A stretch of DNA of 64,000 bases, from positions 118,673 through 182,672 of the forward strand of contig BLSG01000080.1 of the NCBI GenBank assembly GCA_012862495.1, in the 5' to 3' direction. Numbering within the stretch: position 1 is the first letter of the stretch; the number at the start of each line of letters is the position of its first letter. The position numbers were made by a program, and so were the translations under genes. The notes below the pieces were generated by a model. It was given only the letters and a program-made list of their open reading frames with translations, made no database searches and was not told where the DNA came from. This document shows, one piece after another, positions 61,015 to 64,000 of this stretch. This stretch comes from Thraustochytrium aureum. Its lineage: Eukaryota.

Positions 61015-62979
61015 CTAGCGAAACCTGCCGCTTCGGTCTGGCGCAGGCGCCGACGCGGGCTCGGCTACCTGGGCCGGGGCAGGGCCCGCACCCAAATCGT
61101 GGGATCCCAGGGCGTCCTGAAACCCACGGTGGTACTCGGCCTCGGCCATGTTCTTGATCGATTTCACTGTCTGAGCGATCGCCTGGTCAAGCGACTCGCG
61201 CGTCTGCGCGACCACGTCAAAGAGCGCTTTGTTGAAGGCCATATTCGTCCCGCCCTCGATCGCCCGCGTCTGCTCAAGAAGGAGCGCCAGCGTGCGGTCA
61301 CGAAACCGCAGGATCGCGTTGGCGCACTCCTCCGCCTTGTCGAGGGGCTTGAGGCTCATCCACCGCAGAGCGACCCAAGAGTCCAGCTCAATCTGCTCGG
61401 TGACCTCTGTTCTGAGCACGACCACCGGCGCCGGAGACCCGTCGCGGAGCTCGCGGCTCACCTTGAAAACGTTGACCGATGTGAGCGTCAGGATCCCCGA
61501 CCCGGGCTCGTGCTGGACCCTAATTGGGCTGTTGTCCATCATGGCCGGCGTCACGAGAGCCAGAGGCGCGCCAGGGCACCGCCTTGCCGCGCCACTCATG
61601 AGCGCCGAGACAACATCGTACGAGTCGTATCCAGACACTGTGCGCGAACAGCCTCGCAGGATGCGCTGGACCTTGTGCTCCAAGGGCGTCCCGGCTAGCT
61701 CGGGCTCATGGCTCAGGACGACTTGCTCCAGTGCTGAGAACAGCGTCTCGAAAGCGGATGCGCCGACATAAAGCTCTTCGCCAACCTGCACGGTCTCCCG
61801 CTTGATGTCTTTCATCAGCTGGCAAAACGCTACGTCGGGGTCGCTGCGAGGCGCAAGCCGTACGCAGCCCATCAAGGCGCTCAGCTCTGCGAAAATCTGC
61901 AGACTGTCGGCGCGGCCGTCGGCGCAGCTCGCTCGCCAGCACCGCGCTGCGACCCCCACCACCTCGTCCCACATTTCATGCGGCATTTGCAGCACGCCGG
62001 GCACAGCTCCTCCTCCTCCTCCTCCTCCTCCTTCTTCTTCTTCTTCCTCANNNNNNNNNNNNNNNNNNNNNNNNNNNNNNNNNNNNNNNNNNNNNNNNNN
62101 NNNNNNNNNNNNNNNNNNNNNNNNNNNNNNNNNNNNNNNNNNNNNNNNNNNNNNNNNNNNNNNNNNNNNNNNNNNNNNNNNNNNNNNNNNNNNNNNNNNN
62201 NNNNNNNNNNNNNNNNNNNNNNNNNNNNNNNNNNNNNNNNNNNNNNNNNNNNNNNNNNNNNNNNNNNNNNNNNNNNNNNNNNNNNNNNNNNNNNNNNNNN
62301 NNNNNNNCTTGGGCTTCTTGGTTCCCCAGGACCGCCGGTCTGCAAGGTCTCGCCGAATTCGCCCTCGCGAACTGCACATGCGATCTCGTTTTGCCCGGTC
62401 AGGAGCGCGAGCTCCGCGGCAGCCGCGTCCGCGCTTTGCGTCTTCGACTCAGGCCCCTATTCCACCCTCCTCGGCAGCGCTCAATTCGGCGAGGGCGCGC
62501 GTGGCTTTCGAGGTCTCCTGGAGCGCGTTGATTGCGACGTCCGTGCTGGAGGCAACTTTTTCCCACGCCTTTTCGGTTGACGCGGCTCGAGTTAGCGGCT
62601 CCTTAACCCCGTCTTCTCCCGCTTCGGCCAGTTTTCTCTCTATTGCTCGGTCTTCAGACTTTACGGGCGAGATGTGCCACATCATGCTGCCCGCGTCGGC
62701 CTCGTCATCACTGCCGTCATCGCCTAATGCGAACCGCGGTGTGAGACCGTGGTGTGCCAGCGGGGCGTCGCGCTCATCGTCCTCCACTCCCCGCCCTTCT
62801 ACATCGTCGCCTGCTGCCGCGGACGGATCGCCCGCCGCGAAGGGCGAAGTCGGGGTGCCTGACGTCGACATTGAATTGCCCCCTTGTTCCCTGTTCGGCA
62901 CACGCTCGCCTGCTCCCTGGTCAGCGCCGCCTATGCCTCTGGCACTCAGCGCCGAGAGCTTGAGCCTCAGCGCCCTCAT
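61015..62979 (-). CDS. Hypothetical protein: acidic disordered N-terminus plus a globular C-terminal domain (frameshift near 62455, gap)
   Basis: Long minus-strand ORFs on both sides of the gap. The C-terminal block QLMKDIKRETVQV...ILRGCSRTVSGYDSY looks globular and is followed by a helical tail. Confidence 0.65.
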
Positions 62980-64000
62980 GGCGCCTCCGTCGCAACCCGC
63001 GGCGCCGTCGCGAGGCAAGCAGCCAGCCCGGGGGCCAGCCTCGCGCCGCCTTCTTCGCCGTTGCTGTGCGGTCTGTCCCTCCGACGCAGCTCGTGGGTCC
63101 CGCAGGCGCCACCGCAGGCTCCTCCCTTCCACGAACGCCTCCTGCGCCCTGCCGCCGCTGCAGTCTCCCTTGGCACGTCTCGGCCTCAACGCTGCGTCGC
63201 AGTCTTCCGCGTCCGTGGCACACCAAACTGCAGAACAACGGCCGTGCGCACCCCGCGCGGGACCTGCGCGGAAGCGGACGCAGCCGCGGCTTGGTTGATC
63301 GCTCCCTGAGCTCACTCTCGAGATGGATCGCTCGGTTGGTCGCTCGATCGACTGTTCCGCCCTCGTCTGGGCGCGCCTCTGCGCCCGTGTCGCCCCGCGC
63401 CCGCCCGCGTTGTCTGCCTGCCCACCTCCATCTCCGACAGCGTCCCGCCTGAGGGTTTACCGAGGCAAACGTAGCTCGAACAACAGTTCCTTCATGAACA
63501 AAACGAAGGAAACGTCCTACCCCTACCCAGCTGCACTGAGTGCAAGAGAGTTAGTCGAGGTGTTGCGGACACGCTGATGAGGACGTTTCGAGGGGAATGG
63601 TGATTTGTTCCTTTCCTCCAACGAACAAAACGCGCGGCTCGTCCCTGTCGGGAGAGCGTTTGTCGAGGCGAGTCTTGGCAGGAGAAGAGGGTTTATCGAG
63701 GGTTTGTCAGCACGGCAACGGAGGAGCGGCAGAGGGAGAGAGTGGACAGGAGAGGCGGCGAGGCAGACGCGAGTTGGGGAGCGGCTGGCAGCTAGGCCAC
63801 GGCTGCGTGGAAGACCGACCTGGACGCAAGGCTGCAGGGCCTGGCCTGACGCGGGAGCCTGGCGCCGGAGGCTGGTTCGAGGCGGCGCAAGCGGGTCGCG
63901 GGGCCCTGGAAGACCTGGAACTCGAGGCAGGCGATCGTAGCGGCGCTCTCACGCGCCGTCGCGGACGGGCGAAGAGGGGCTGGGCTGGACGCGACGCGTG

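Overview
GC-rich, gene-dense, intron-poor eukaryotic nuclear DNA from a gapped draft assembly. Gene content and the few GT-AG introns suggest a protist, plausibly a stramenopile such as a labyrinthulomycete (inference only). About 25 protein-coding genes are supported: YY1-like zinc finger, RWDD2, ABCF2, threonine dehydrogenase, LIS1, PP2C, a TPR protein, two tandem sulfotransferase-like genes, two AP2-type factors, KRR1, HisD, NTH1, a histidine phosphatase, mitochondrial G3PDH, a FAAP24-like protein, a receptor-like kinase, a coiled-coil/PH protein, a GH3 glycosidase, a secreted Cys-rich protein, a sterol glucosyltransferase, an SCCPDH-like enzyme and several hypothetical proteins. Many conserved genes carry single-base frameshifts, mostly in homopolymer runs, and at least two N-gaps are false overlaps, so most disruptions look like sequencing or assembly error. 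No rRNA, tRNA, CRISPR array or recognisable mobile element was seen. The most interesting candidates are: (1) a CC1-box (AAxxG) coiled-coil protein with tandem PH domains, a possible dynein activating adaptor; (2) a FAAP24-like ERCC4-HhH protein; (3) a non-RD receptor kinase with an unrecognised ectodomain and an SH3-like tail; (4) an NTH1 lacking the Fe-S motif; (5) in-frame stops in the GH3 and PH-protein genes. All family assignments come from motif recognition by eye, not from database searches.
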